DNA of 25,538 nt from a virus (Duplodnaviria; Caudoviricetes). This document shows positions 15,651-25,011 of this stretch, piece by piece (the stretch's first letter is position 1; every line of letters starts with the position of its first letter). The stretch covers positions 1 through 25,538 of IMG/VR virus record IMGVR_UViG_3300032266_001360; one strand, 5' to 3'. A model generated the notes under the pieces. It was not told the DNA's origin, did not search any database, and worked only from the letters and a program-made list of their open reading frames with translations. The position numbers and the translations under genes are program-made.

Positions 15651-16787
15651 TTAACTGGTTGAAAATATCATAACAGATACACCTTCAGGAATATCCGGTA
15701 GCATTTCACCTGAACTATCCGTTAAAACTATGGTTACTGAATTTAATTGTTTTACCACATCATATCCTATTCGCGGCGCTAAAGGAGGCGTACTGTTATT
15801 ATTGGCACAGCTTATAAATACTCCATAATTCAAATTACCCATCGCATTTTGAAATGATACCGTATATTGATGATTACTACCATTATAACTAACAGAAGAA
15901 ACGTTATAAGTAGATTGAGTAGCAATTTGCCCTGAAGTATTATTAAACCTACACCATGCTTTTGCCGTATTAGGAGAGTTAAATACACCTTCTATACTTA
16001 AATTATTAACTCCGGTAATATTTCCTTCGCCGTCAACTAAAACACTATTCAGATTTAAAGCCGAATTAGTCCCATTCGAGGTAATACTTAAGCCCCTCCC
16101 GCTATCAGCGTTGGTAATTAAATCATTACTAATAATTATATTACCGGCAGTAATTTGAGTTACCGATATATTATTACTTAAACCTATAGCAGGATTACCG
16201 GTTGTTCCAGTAGGATTAGTAACTACTATATTGCCACCGTTTACAAGCGATATTAATGACCAACTATTTGTTTCCGGATCAAGAGCAAGTATTCCCGATG
16301 TTCCATTTGCAAGCTCTGTGATTGCTGAAATAAGACTAGGTAACTTAATGTCAAGTGTCCCGCTTGGAGGAGATACTGGACTACCCGTTACCGTAATTGA
16401 ATCATCCGAGCTAGTTAAAGTCAATTCCGATATACCGTTTACCCCGCTGCCGAAAGGAATTATCCGCCAGCTTCCATTAGGAGTTGTAGTATCATATAAA
16501 TATATTGTCAAAACTTTGCCGGCAACAACAGGCGTAAGTAATGTTGCTTGATCATTTAAGACAATATTAAAACTATTAGCTCCGACATTATTAAAACTAA
16601 TGGAAAATCCCGGAGTAGTTTGTGTTGCGTCTGGCAAGAAAATATTTAAGTTGCCTATGGTAGCCGTAACATCCATCATATCCGCTACGGTAACGCTTGC
16701 AAGATTTGCAGAATACGGATAATCCAGTTGGATATTGGCAGTTAAAGTTATTTCTTTCGCTGTATCTGTTGATGGAAAAAATGCCAT
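15651..16787 (-). CDS. Putative tail/virion structural protein
   Basis: 378 aa, beta-rich; shares fibre-type modules (ITVTGSPV..SGT, VTNPTGTTGNP.I) with 6022..9192; C-terminal 'AKAWCRFN...YNVSSV'. Confidence 0.6.
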   Translation of the reverse strand: MAFFPSTDTAKEITLTANIQLDYPYSANLASVTVADMMDVTATIGNLNIFLPDATQTTPGFSISFNNVGANSFNIVLNDQATLLTPVVAGKVLTIYLYDTTTPNGSWRIIPFGSGVNGISELTLTSSDDSITVTGSPVSPPSGTLDIKLPSLISAITELANGTSGILALDPETNSWSLISLVNGGNIVVTNPTGTTGNPAIGLSNNISVTQITAGNIIISNDLITNADSGRGLSITSNGTNSALNLNSVLVDGEGNITGVNNLSIEGVFNSPNTAKAWCRFNNTSGQIATQSTYNVSSVSYNGSNHQYTVSFQNAMGNLNYGVFISCANNNSTPPLAPRIGYDVVKQLNSVTIVLTDSSGEMLPDIPEGVSVMIFSTS

Positions 16788-16793
16788 GATGTT

Positions 16794-17237
16794 TTATATC
16801 TTTACGTTTAAAGCGTTCTCGGTCGGCTTATTATCATTATAATTATAAGCTTTGGATTCAGTAGCCATTTTTAATGAATATTCATTGTGTTTTTTTCTTT
16901 CTATTTCTCCGCGTTTCTTTTCTCTCTCAAGTAAAATACAATCTCCTTCACATATATAAGTTTTTGCTACCTCATCTAATTCCAAAAGGTCGTTTGGAAT
17001 TCTATTTGGATCATCACTAACTCTTACCGGTCTCCATCCCCTTTTATAGGCCATACTTAGAGCCGTATCCATTTGACCTTTTAAACTCCTCCTTTCCCAA
17101 TAATATTCAAATCCGGTTTTTATTACATATTCCGGAATAGTTAAAGGGCTAATATAATCATGATTATAGAAAGTCCTACTTTCGTCTTTATCAAACATTC
17201 TATTTTCCGTATCTCTTGTTCTTCTTTCGTTTTTCAT
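16794..17237 (-). CDS. Conserved head-module hypothetical protein
   Basis: 147 aa, 'SPLTIP...GFEYYWER...GWRPV' pattern; follows the scaffold gene. Confidence 0.6.
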   Translation of the reverse strand: MKNERRTRDTENRMFDKDESRTFYNHDYISPLTIPEYVIKTGFEYYWERRSLKGQMDTALSMAYKRGWRPVRVSDDPNRIPNDLLELDEVAKTYICEGDCILLEREKKRGEIERKKHNEYSLKMATESKAYNYNDNKPTENALNVKI

Positions 17238-17242
17238 ATTAA

Positions 17243-18184
17243 TTACGCTCTATTTTTATATTGATATTTTAAATACTGCTCTTCACTCATTTTCAATTCT
17301 CTAGCCATTTGTTTATCAAAATCCGACAAAGTAATACGTATTTTGTTAGAACCCTGATTACTAAAGTTATTTCTAACCCCTCCGACATTTGAAGTAGTAT
17401 AACCGTCTTTGGGCTTTTTTATTTTTACGCTATCAATAAATTCATCAATTGCTTCTAGATATTGATCGCTTAATATTTCATTACCTCTACCCTGCTTTCT
17501 TAAGTCTTTATCTAACTCTTGAATAAAAGCCGCAACTTCTTTCTGGATTTTTGGATTATAATGCGAAGACCCCTCTATTAATTCCAGATGATCATCTAAC
17601 CACTCTTGTGCTTTGGAAAGCTGCTGCTCGGCCATTCTATTATCAATATTGGCTTCAGTAGATACAGGAGGCTCTTCCTGCCTTGTTTTATCAGTAGCAC
17701 TGTCGCTTGCCATATTCTCAAATTCATTAATCCTCATCATTGTTTTTTTATGAAGCTCGTCGGCTTCTAAAAACAAATCGGGATCATCGCCAAGCAATGC
17801 CTGTTTTTTTATATTCCTGATTCGCTCTAAATCATTGTGTAAATTCTGGCCATACAATTTAGTATTATTTTCAATAGTTCCATTAAGAAACTGTCTTAAT
17901 TCCTGATTTTCCTGCTCTAGTTTTTGCCGATCGGCTAAAATGGTTTTTCTCTTTTTCTTCTCTTGATAATATTTATCCTTAAATAGATCAGCGGCGTTAA
18001 TAGGTTCTTCCTCTACCTGATGCTCGGAGGCTTCTTCTATGGAAGGTTGCTCATTGGTCGCCTCAAGATTTATATTAACTTGATCCTCGCTTAGACCTTC
18101 CCGTTCTTCCGGTTTGTTGTTATCAAGTACGCTGGATAAAACTTCATTAATTTTATTATCAAATTCCAATTCCTTCTCTTTCAT
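17243..18184 (-). CDS. Putative capsid scaffolding protein
   Basis: Acidic N-terminus and coiled coil; C-terminal 'ITLS..DKQMARELKMSEEQYLKY'; lies between portal and capsid genes. Confidence 0.7.
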   Translation of the reverse strand: MKEKELEFDNKINEVLSSVLDNNKPEEREGLSEDQVNINLEATNEQPSIEEASEHQVEEEPINAADLFKDKYYQEKKKRKTILADRQKLEQENQELRQFLNGTIENNTKLYGQNLHNDLERIRNIKKQALLGDDPDLFLEADELHKKTMMRINEFENMASDSATDKTRQEEPPVSTEANIDNRMAEQQLSKAQEWLDDHLELIEGSSHYNPKIQKEVAAFIQELDKDLRKQGRGNEILSDQYLEAIDEFIDSVKIKKPKDGYTTSNVGGVRNNFSNQGSNKIRITLSDFDKQMARELKMSEEQYLKYQYKNRA

Positions 18185-18204
18185 TTGTATTATTCCTTTT
18201 TTAA

Positions 18205-18615
18205 TTATTTAACGTCTCTTGGATCAGATACTACTAGAAGAGGGGAATCATCCATTATTGAAAATACCGGTAATTTCTTATAGGTATATCTAATGCCAGC
18301 ATGCCTTGGAAAAGCTACCCAGTCCCCTATCTTATACCACTCTCCCCATTCCTTGTAGCGTTCACCCGTAAAGGCACACTTACCTATTTTAGCTACATAC
18401 CCTACCATTTCCTCGTAAACGGATTTACTATTAGGTACATAAAGCGAGCCGACCTTATTAGGCTTTATATATAATCTAATTAGTATTTTGGTCGGATGAG
18501 AGATACAATCTTCAAATAATTTTAACTCTTCATTTATATTGAAATCATCATAGTTAATAGCTATCTCTTCTTCCTCGAATAATCCCAATTCCATCATGTT
18601 TTTACTCCTTTTCAA
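18205..18615 (-). CDS. Phage-encoded GroES/Cpn10-like co-chaperonin
   Basis: 'HPTKILIR...GSLYVP...GYVAKIG...WYKIGDWVAFPRHAG...IMDDSPL.VV' follows the Cpn10 strand pattern. Confidence 0.8.
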   Translation of the reverse strand: MKRSKNMMELGLFEEEEIAINYDDFNINEELKLFEDCISHPTKILIRLYIKPNKVGSLYVPNSKSVYEEMVGYVAKIGKCAFTGERYKEWGEWYKIGDWVAFPRHAGIRYTYKKLPVFSIMDDSPLLVVSDPRDVK

Positions 18616-18830
18616 AAATTATTCTCTACCTTATCAACAATATTACTCTCTTCTTTCATAGCTTCTTTAATATGACAAAGTATTGCGTCAAAAGCATATC
18701 TAAGCCCACAGTGATACTTATAATCCTCCATAGAAGATAACCCTCCGCCAATTAATTTATCTTCTACCAACTCCAGATTGTCTTTTATTAAATTTATGGT
18801 TTTGGTTAAAATATATTCATGATCTAACAT
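18612..18830 (-). CDS. Small conserved head-module protein
   Basis: 72 aa, 'LIGGGLSSMEDYKYHCG' pattern, between portal and the GroES-like gene. Confidence 0.65.
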   Translation of the reverse strand: MLDHEYILTKTINLIKDNLELVEDKLIGGGLSSMEDYKYHCGLRYAFDAILCHIKEAMKEESNIVDKVENNF

Positions 18831-18831
18831 A

Positions 18832-21186
18832 TTATTCTCCTAATCTGTTTCTTAATTTTTCCATCTCAACTCTTGCTTCCAAAAGTGCCATTTCTTTTTC
18901 TGCTTTTAATTTTTCTTTCATTTCTTCAAAGTGAAGCTGGCTTTTAAAGATTTCCTTTTCAAGATTTTGGTCGGCAATTTCTTTCTTGATAATATTCTCC
19001 TCCCGTTTCTGCTCTATTTCCGCAGCAAGGAGCTCATTCGGGTCTATAGGTTCGTTATCGACGGTATGCTTATTCAAACCCAGTTCTTCTACGGCTCTTG
19101 CTGCTTTTAAAGCAATCATATTCTGTACTTCTAGGTTACTTTGATCAATTTGGGTTAAATCAATACCCATAGCCTCCTCCATCTCTAACATGAATTTAAA
19201 TGCCATATGCTCCTGTATGTGAGCCTTGGCAGCATCATTATCCTCAAGAGCAGAGTGTACTATAATATGTGCATCGTGATTCTGCTCTATTCCTGCTTTG
19301 ACGGCTTTCCCCTGCATCATGTTCATATTCTCAGTAATAGGATCGGCAGGCTCTACTCCTTCAGGCTTGATAATTAAATTATCTATCAGGCTTTCATCCA
19401 ATCCTTGAGCCTGAAATACCATCTTTAACGCTTCTATCGTATTAACTTTATCCGGTAATTGCATTGCTGTTTGAAAGATCGCCTCAGCTTTCATTATTCG
19501 CTCAATGGTAGAATTAACAGACGGGTCTGATACAGGCACTACCTGCACGCTGTCAACAAAATGTTCTTTGGTAATAATAAACTGCTCGCCGTTAATAAAA
19601 AATTCTTCTCTATCAACAACTTCCTTAAAAATATCATCAAGTAACCTTAGTTCTTCCGAGAAAGATGCATGCAGAGATTTTAAAACAGAAGATTCAATTT
19701 TGTTTTTCTCTTTTAAAAAAGCTATTGCCGTACCAGTCGGGATATCTTCCTTGCTATCCATCATACCAAGTTCTGTAGTAGATAACTGATCCTGCATCTG
19801 GGCTATAATTTCCTGACGTAATTGCATCAGGCTTTGAGAAGGACCGTTTGCAGGCAAAGGAGCAAATAAATCTCTTATGCTTTTTGAGCCTTGGGTATTC
19901 ATGATTTTCCACTGACCAGCACCAAGTACTATATCCGTTACTTGCTGCTTTGTAGCTCCCTGGTCAATAAATCCGGCAGGCAAATTCTGATAAGTAGCAG
20001 CATCAACAGTCTGTCTTAACATATTGGTAACTGCGATGGCATTTGTTCCCGACATCCTTGCCATCCCAAGACCCCATATGTCAAAACCGGTGAAAAAATG
20101 ATAGGCTACAAAATATTTTCTTCTTTTAAATTCTGCGTCTCCTTCCCGCCAGTTGCGTTTGATACTTAATATTTCCCGACTTTCCTTATCAATAGTAACT
20201 ATATAAGGCTTGGCAACTTCCGTTATCTCTTCGCTGCTATAATCAACCTCAAAAGTCTCTAGATTTAAATAGATATGGCTCTCATAAATATCATGCAGGG
20301 TTCTTTGTTTATAACTATCAAGATTAATAAGATTGTTTATCTTGCCGGAATCGGCTTCTTGATTATTAGAATTATTATTACTATCACTCCCGCGGGCTTT
20401 TAAATAAGGGAGTTCAACGTCTCTGTAAATCCCGCTCTTCTGATTAATTAAAACCTCACGGGCAGATAATTTTAAAATATGAGTAAGCCTGCTTGACTCT
20501 AGTATAGAAGTACAATCAATATTAATTAAAAAATCCTCGGGGACAATAAATCTGGATATAGGTTGTTTTAAAATATCGTCGTAATAAACCTTTTTAATAA
20601 TAGTCCCATAAAAACCTATATAATATAAAGACCTTTCAAAGTCTTTATAATAAGCCGAATCTTTTATGGTTAAAAAGTAATTAAGCCACTGACTCCTTAC
20701 CTTTGCTATTTCTTCAAGTTCTTCACTGTCTTGTCCGAATATCTTAGCACCGCACGGACCGCTATCAGGTAATAATTCTGCTCTAGAGGTAGCACAAAAA
20801 CGAATTAATGCCGTACTAAGTGTAGTATCAAATGTTCTACATGCTTGATCAAAAGGTTGCTTCTCCAAGTCCTCAAGGTTATGTCCTAGATATTTTTTAA
20901 CCCTGTTATGTATATCAAGCCATGGTTGCCTTACTTTAATATCGTCATCAATAGCATCTAAAATATAAGTCGATATCTTCTCTAGCGTTTCTTCCTTCAT
21001 TGTAAGAGCAAGGTTAGCATCAAACTTATCATTTTTAGGGTTATCTTCCTCCGGCTTGCCTATTTCATAAACAGATGAGCCGTCTTCTAAATCTTCAACC
21101 TTATTAATCTCGGCATTATCTATGTCCTCCGGCATTAACGGTGAATCAAACATATCCGGTAATTCTATTTTGTTTCTTCTTTTCAT
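18832..21186 (-). CDS. Portal protein (podovirus type, long C-terminal helical extension)
   Basis: 784 aa directly after TerL; FDANLA, RAELLP..GP, KKVYYD, NLPAGF, PTGT.IA, PVSDP and QNHDAHI motifs. Confidence 0.88.
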   Translation of the reverse strand: MKRRNKIELPDMFDSPLMPEDIDNAEINKVEDLEDGSSVYEIGKPEEDNPKNDKFDANLALTMKEETLEKISTYILDAIDDDIKVRQPWLDIHNRVKKYLGHNLEDLEKQPFDQACRTFDTTLSTALIRFCATSRAELLPDSGPCGAKIFGQDSEELEEIAKVRSQWLNYFLTIKDSAYYKDFERSLYYIGFYGTIIKKVYYDDILKQPISRFIVPEDFLINIDCTSILESSRLTHILKLSAREVLINQKSGIYRDVELPYLKARGSDSNNNSNNQEADSGKINNLINLDSYKQRTLHDIYESHIYLNLETFEVDYSSEEITEVAKPYIVTIDKESREILSIKRNWREGDAEFKRRKYFVAYHFFTGFDIWGLGMARMSGTNAIAVTNMLRQTVDAATYQNLPAGFIDQGATKQQVTDIVLGAGQWKIMNTQGSKSIRDLFAPLPANGPSQSLMQLRQEIIAQMQDQLSTTELGMMDSKEDIPTGTAIAFLKEKNKIESSVLKSLHASFSEELRLLDDIFKEVVDREEFFINGEQFIITKEHFVDSVQVVPVSDPSVNSTIERIMKAEAIFQTAMQLPDKVNTIEALKMVFQAQGLDESLIDNLIIKPEGVEPADPITENMNMMQGKAVKAGIEQNHDAHIIVHSALEDNDAAKAHIQEHMAFKFMLEMEEAMGIDLTQIDQSNLEVQNMIALKAARAVEELGLNKHTVDNEPIDPNELLAAEIEQKREENIIKKEIADQNLEKEIFKSQLHFEEMKEKLKAEKEMALLEARVEMEKLRNRLGE

Positions 21187-22695
21187 TTAATATACCCTTA
21201 TTGTTTCTTGATATTCTTCTGGTTCTACGTAGTCTTTAGGATGAGAAATATGATTGCCGTCCCTAAGCGTTATTAATGCCTGGGTCATCGTATCGACAAA
21301 ATCCCTTGAACTAACGTTTGGAAAATAACTAACACTTGTTATAAACTCATCGGCAAAATCAGCAGGTTTAGATACATCATTCTTCCTGGTAGGTATCCAG
21401 ACAACGCCGCTCTCAATTAAGCTACTGATTAACCTTACTCTCTGCAATTTATCGCCGTACTTGTTTGGGATAAAAGGACGGGCATATATCCCCATTCTTT
21501 TAAGTTCGGACATAAGTGGATCACCCGAAGCTTTAGCTTCTACCACTATTAAATCAGGACTGTATCTTGAATTAAAAGACATGGGAGTAACACCGGTATC
21601 CCTATAATCATTTGCCAATCTCTTCATCCTTTCCCTAAGGTCAGGATACTCCAGTCTATCCCGCCAGCTTGAAAGCAGTATTACATTTTCATTATCGTAG
21701 TTATCCTTAAATACTCCCCACGTAGTACAGGCAGAATAACTAGACTCATCTTTAGCAGTTAATGCCGTATCCCATGATTGCAGGATATATTCTAGCGGCG
21801 GTAATTCGTAAGGATAAAGTCTAAACCAGTGTTTTTTAATTATTCCTCCTTCCATAGGAGCAGGTCTTTGTTGATACTGCGCAGCATATCCGTAAGAGCC
21901 CATTTCCCTTTTAATCTGTTTTACTACTTCAGCGGTATCTCTGTTACTAAGCAACTGTCCTTCTTCCGTCCTCTCATCCTTAAAATCTGATTTAACGCCG
22001 CGCTCATATTCCATAGGTAGAATATATTTTAACCAACGGTTATCTACGTCATTCTTTATAATATTCCCTGATATATCATTCTCACTTTGCGATCTTTGTT
22101 GTACGACAATCCTTACGGCCGTTCGCCCGTCATTAACCCTATTGAACCATTTTTGAGACCACCATGTATTTACCGCTTCAAGTCTTGCTTCTGATTCGCC
22201 GCTTGGGTCATTCGGATCGTCGGTAATTTGTATATCCCCTCCTGATCCGGTAATAAAAGAACCTGCACTCGTTGAAATTCTATATCCCGTCTTATCATTA
22301 ACAAAATAACTCTTGGAATTTTGGTCTTTCCGTAATTTAAATCTATCTCCCCACCTCTCCTGATACCAGTTGCTTTCAATAAGCAAGCGGCTTTTATCGG
22401 CTATCTTTAATGCCAGCGAATTGGAATAAGAAGCACAGATAAATTTCTTTTCGGGGTAGTTAATCCATACCCACGCAGGAAATGCTATCGATATTAAATT
22501 AGTTTTTCCTTTACGAGGCGGTAGATTTATTAATAAACTTTTAATTTTTCCTTTTAAACAATTTTGCAGACTATCAGCTATTTTCTTAAGATACCATTCA
22601 TCTACAAAAGGAGTTCCTCCCTCTAGTACATGCCAAGATTGCTTAAAAAATTCATAAAGAGAAGCTTCCGCTTGTTCTTTTTTAGAATATAACAT
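21187..22695 (-). CDS. terL: Terminase large subunit
   Basis: Walker A INLPPRKGKT, Walker B ITDDP, QYQQRP linker, nuclease motifs QSWDTA, VEAKASG and DFVDTMTQAL. Confidence 0.93.
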   Translation of the reverse strand: MLYSKKEQAEASLYEFFKQSWHVLEGGTPFVDEWYLKKIADSLQNCLKGKIKSLLINLPPRKGKTNLISIAFPAWVWINYPEKKFICASYSNSLALKIADKSRLLIESNWYQERWGDRFKLRKDQNSKSYFVNDKTGYRISTSAGSFITGSGGDIQITDDPNDPSGESEARLEAVNTWWSQKWFNRVNDGRTAVRIVVQQRSQSENDISGNIIKNDVDNRWLKYILPMEYERGVKSDFKDERTEEGQLLSNRDTAEVVKQIKREMGSYGYAAQYQQRPAPMEGGIIKKHWFRLYPYELPPLEYILQSWDTALTAKDESSYSACTTWGVFKDNYDNENVILLSSWRDRLEYPDLRERMKRLANDYRDTGVTPMSFNSRYSPDLIVVEAKASGDPLMSELKRMGIYARPFIPNKYGDKLQRVRLISSLIESGVVWIPTRKNDVSKPADFADEFITSVSYFPNVSSRDFVDTMTQALITLRDGNHISHPKDYVEPEEYQETIRVY

Positions 22696-23154
22696 TTACT
22701 CTTTCTTATTATTTTCTTTCTCTAAAGCTAATTTTCGTTCTTCTTTCCACTGGATATAAAGTCTAATTTCTTCCATTTTAGCCTCTATTTCTTCCGGAGT
22801 TTCTATGTTAGCAGGCTCTTCTTTTCTCTCTTCCGTAAGCTCTTTCCATCTAGATTGAGTTTTAAGGTAAAAAATCATGGCAGTAGTATCGCCTCCTTTA
22901 ATTTTCTTCATCAAGTGTCCTGCTACAAAATAATGCCCTTCTACTCTTCCTTTTTTATAGAGTCCATTTATTCCTTCATCACGTTCTATAAGCTTAAAAA
23001 AACCGCTCCTACTTATACCAAGATAATCAGCTATTTGTTGTACAGTTGAAACCTTAGCCATCTGCTGTACCATGTTTTTTTGTTCATCAGTAAGAACAAT
23101 AAGGGGATGTCCTCTTGGATTTTTTTCCTCTTCTAATAAAACTTTACTTGCCAC
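22696..23154 (-). CDS. Putative terminase small subunit (HTH)
   Basis: HTH 'TVQQIADYLGISRSGF' and 'GDTTAMIFYLKTQ..WKE'; abuts terL. Confidence 0.75.
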   Translation of the reverse strand: MASKVLLEEEKNPRGHPLIVLTDEQKNMVQQMAKVSTVQQIADYLGISRSGFFKLIERDEGINGLYKKGRVEGHYFVAGHLMKKIKGGDTTAMIFYLKTQSRWKELTEERKEEPANIETPEEIEAKMEEIRLYIQWKEERKLALEKENNKKE

Positions 23155-24367
23155 CTTCCAGTACCGCTTTTAATCCGGTTTCTTTTTCCCACCTCTTTAT
23201 TATAACATCAACATAAGCTGGGGATAATTCCATCATGTAACAATTACGCTTTGACCTCTCGCAGGCAATTAACGTAGTACCGCTACCGCCAAATGGATCG
23301 TATACGCTCTCACCTTGCGCGGAGTTATTAAGTATAGGCCGAAGCATACACTCAATAGGCTTTTGTGTTCCATGACCAGTTTGTTCTTCCTTTGTTTTTG
23401 CTCCGTAATTATTATTATCTATATCCCATACTGTTGTTTGATCACGCCTGCCTTGCCAGTTATGTTTCTTTCCTTGCCGTACGGCATACCATAAGGGTTC
23501 GTGTTGATAGTGATAATCACCACGACTTAGTACTAAATGCTGTTTTTTCCAAATAATAAGATTCACTAAATTAAAGCCGCAATTTTCCAGATTTTCTGCG
23601 AATTTATGAGTGTATTTTGTACTATGCCAGACATAAGCTACATCTCCAGTAAATAATGAATAAGCATCAGACCAGTCATATCTATCATCGTTTAGTACCT
23701 TGCCTATGTTTTTAGTTTCTTTGCTTACTCCCTCCCGCCACTTTGGTTCATAATTCACTCCATAAGGCGGATCAGTTACCATCAAAATCGGCTTTGCTCC
23801 ATCCATTAGTTTTTCAACATGCTGCGGATTAGTACTATCTCCGCACATTAAACGATGAGACCCAAGCAGGTAAATATCACCTAGCTTAGCAGTAGCTTCT
23901 CCTGGGACTTCTATTTCCTCTTCTTCCCCTATTTCTTCCAATATGGCTTTATCAAATATGGGCTTTAACATATCCTCATCCATGCCAAACGATACTAACT
24001 CATCCATATCAAACCGCTCGGTTAGCACATCAAAGTCATATTCACCGAACGCTAGATTATCTCTAATATTTAGCCTGTCTATTTCTGCAGGTAGTAGTTT
24101 TCTACTGGGCATTAACACTTCAATTTCAGTCTCATCATCATAACCAGCCATGTATAAAGCTTTTTTTCTTTGATGCCCTCCGATAATAGTATAATCGTTA
24201 TCTACTATTATTCTTTGATGATACCCATCCTCCTTGATATGAGCAGCTAGTTTATCCAGCATCTCCTTGGTTATCTTCCTTGGGTTATGGGTATATTCTT
24301 TTAATTGCGATAACTTAATGATCGCCTCTTGCCATGTGATAGTTTCATGATTACTTGGATAGCTCAT
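23144..24367 (-). CDS. ParB-like N-terminal domain fused to N6-adenine/N4-cytosine DNA methyltransferase (beta class)
   Basis: NPRKI...IIVD...IIGGHQR ParB-like motif; HRLMCGDST; catalytic TDPPY precedes HGTQKP and the SAM-binding DPFGGSGTT. Confidence 0.92.
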   Translation of the reverse strand: MSYPSNHETITWQEAIIKLSQLKEYTHNPRKITKEMLDKLAAHIKEDGYHQRIIVDNDYTIIGGHQRKKALYMAGYDDETEIEVLMPSRKLLPAEIDRLNIRDNLAFGEYDFDVLTERFDMDELVSFGMDEDMLKPIFDKAILEEIGEEEEIEVPGEATAKLGDIYLLGSHRLMCGDSTNPQHVEKLMDGAKPILMVTDPPYGVNYEPKWREGVSKETKNIGKVLNDDRYDWSDAYSLFTGDVAYVWHSTKYTHKFAENLENCGFNLVNLIIWKKQHLVLSRGDYHYQHEPLWYAVRQGKKHNWQGRRDQTTVWDIDNNNYGAKTKEEQTGHGTQKPIECMLRPILNNSAQGESVYDPFGGSGTTLIACERSKRNCYMMELSPAYVDVIIKRWEKETGLKAVLEGGK

Positions 24368-24680
24368 CTTCTAGTTCCTCCATAAACACAGGAATTAAAA
24401 CTTTTTTAACAAAAGCAATTTTTTGGTCATCTTCTGAAAGATGTTTTAAATCAAAATCATTAGCAAATTGTTTAAATTTATTATTAAGATAAGTCGCATT
24501 TTCTCGATGTTGCGCAAAAAATTTATCAGGATTTTCAGTTAGCCCTATATATAAAGATTTTACTATTTCACTTTCTTCTTTTAAAAGCCAAAGTACTTGT
24601 AACTGTCTTGTTTTCTCTTCGTCAGTAATATTACCCTTTAAATACTGATCTATAATGATTTCTTCACATTTTGCTTTCAT
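24351..24680 (-). CDS. Hypothetical protein
   Basis: 109-aa ORF overlapping both neighbours on the operon strand. Confidence 0.6.
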   Translation of the reverse strand: MKAKCEEIIIDQYLKGNITDEEKTRQLQVLWLLKEESEIVKSLYIGLTENPDKFFAQHRENATYLNNKFKQFANDFDLKHLSEDDQKIAFVKKVLIPVFMEELEDELSK

Positions 24681-25011
24681 TAACTACTCCATTTAATTTT
24701 GCGTGATACTTATTATAAACTTTTGCAAATTCGGCATCCTTTTCTTTTTTTAGCAAAACCAACTGCTTACAACGATTAACATGTATCTCTAAATCATCTA
24801 TTGACTCCGATAACTGAGCCAAATCTTTTGCAACTAATTTTACTTGCCTCTCTACTTGCAAAAAAGCTATTTGAAAAGCATCGTTAAACTTAAAATACTT
24901 ACCAGAATGCCAATGATGAATTTCAGCTAAACCTTTATTATTATGATATTGGTCCAACTCATTGTAAATACTGGTAATATGTCGTTGTATTTCTAAACTC
25001 ATCATGCCCAC
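24664..25011 (-). CDS. Hypothetical protein
   Basis: 115-aa helical ORF overlapping both neighbours; exact start uncertain (MGMM). Confidence 0.6.
   Translation of the reverse strand: MGMMSLEIQRHITSIYNELDQYHNNKGLAEIHHWHSGKYFKFNDAFQIAFLQVERQVKLVAKDLAQLSESIDDLEIHVNRCKQLVLLKKEKDAEFAKVYNKYHAKLNGVVNESKM

Noticed and set aside
15639-15656. Hairpin between convergent stop codons as an intrinsic terminator
   Set aside because: The 7-bp stem is almost all A-T and has no clear U-tract; too weak to call.
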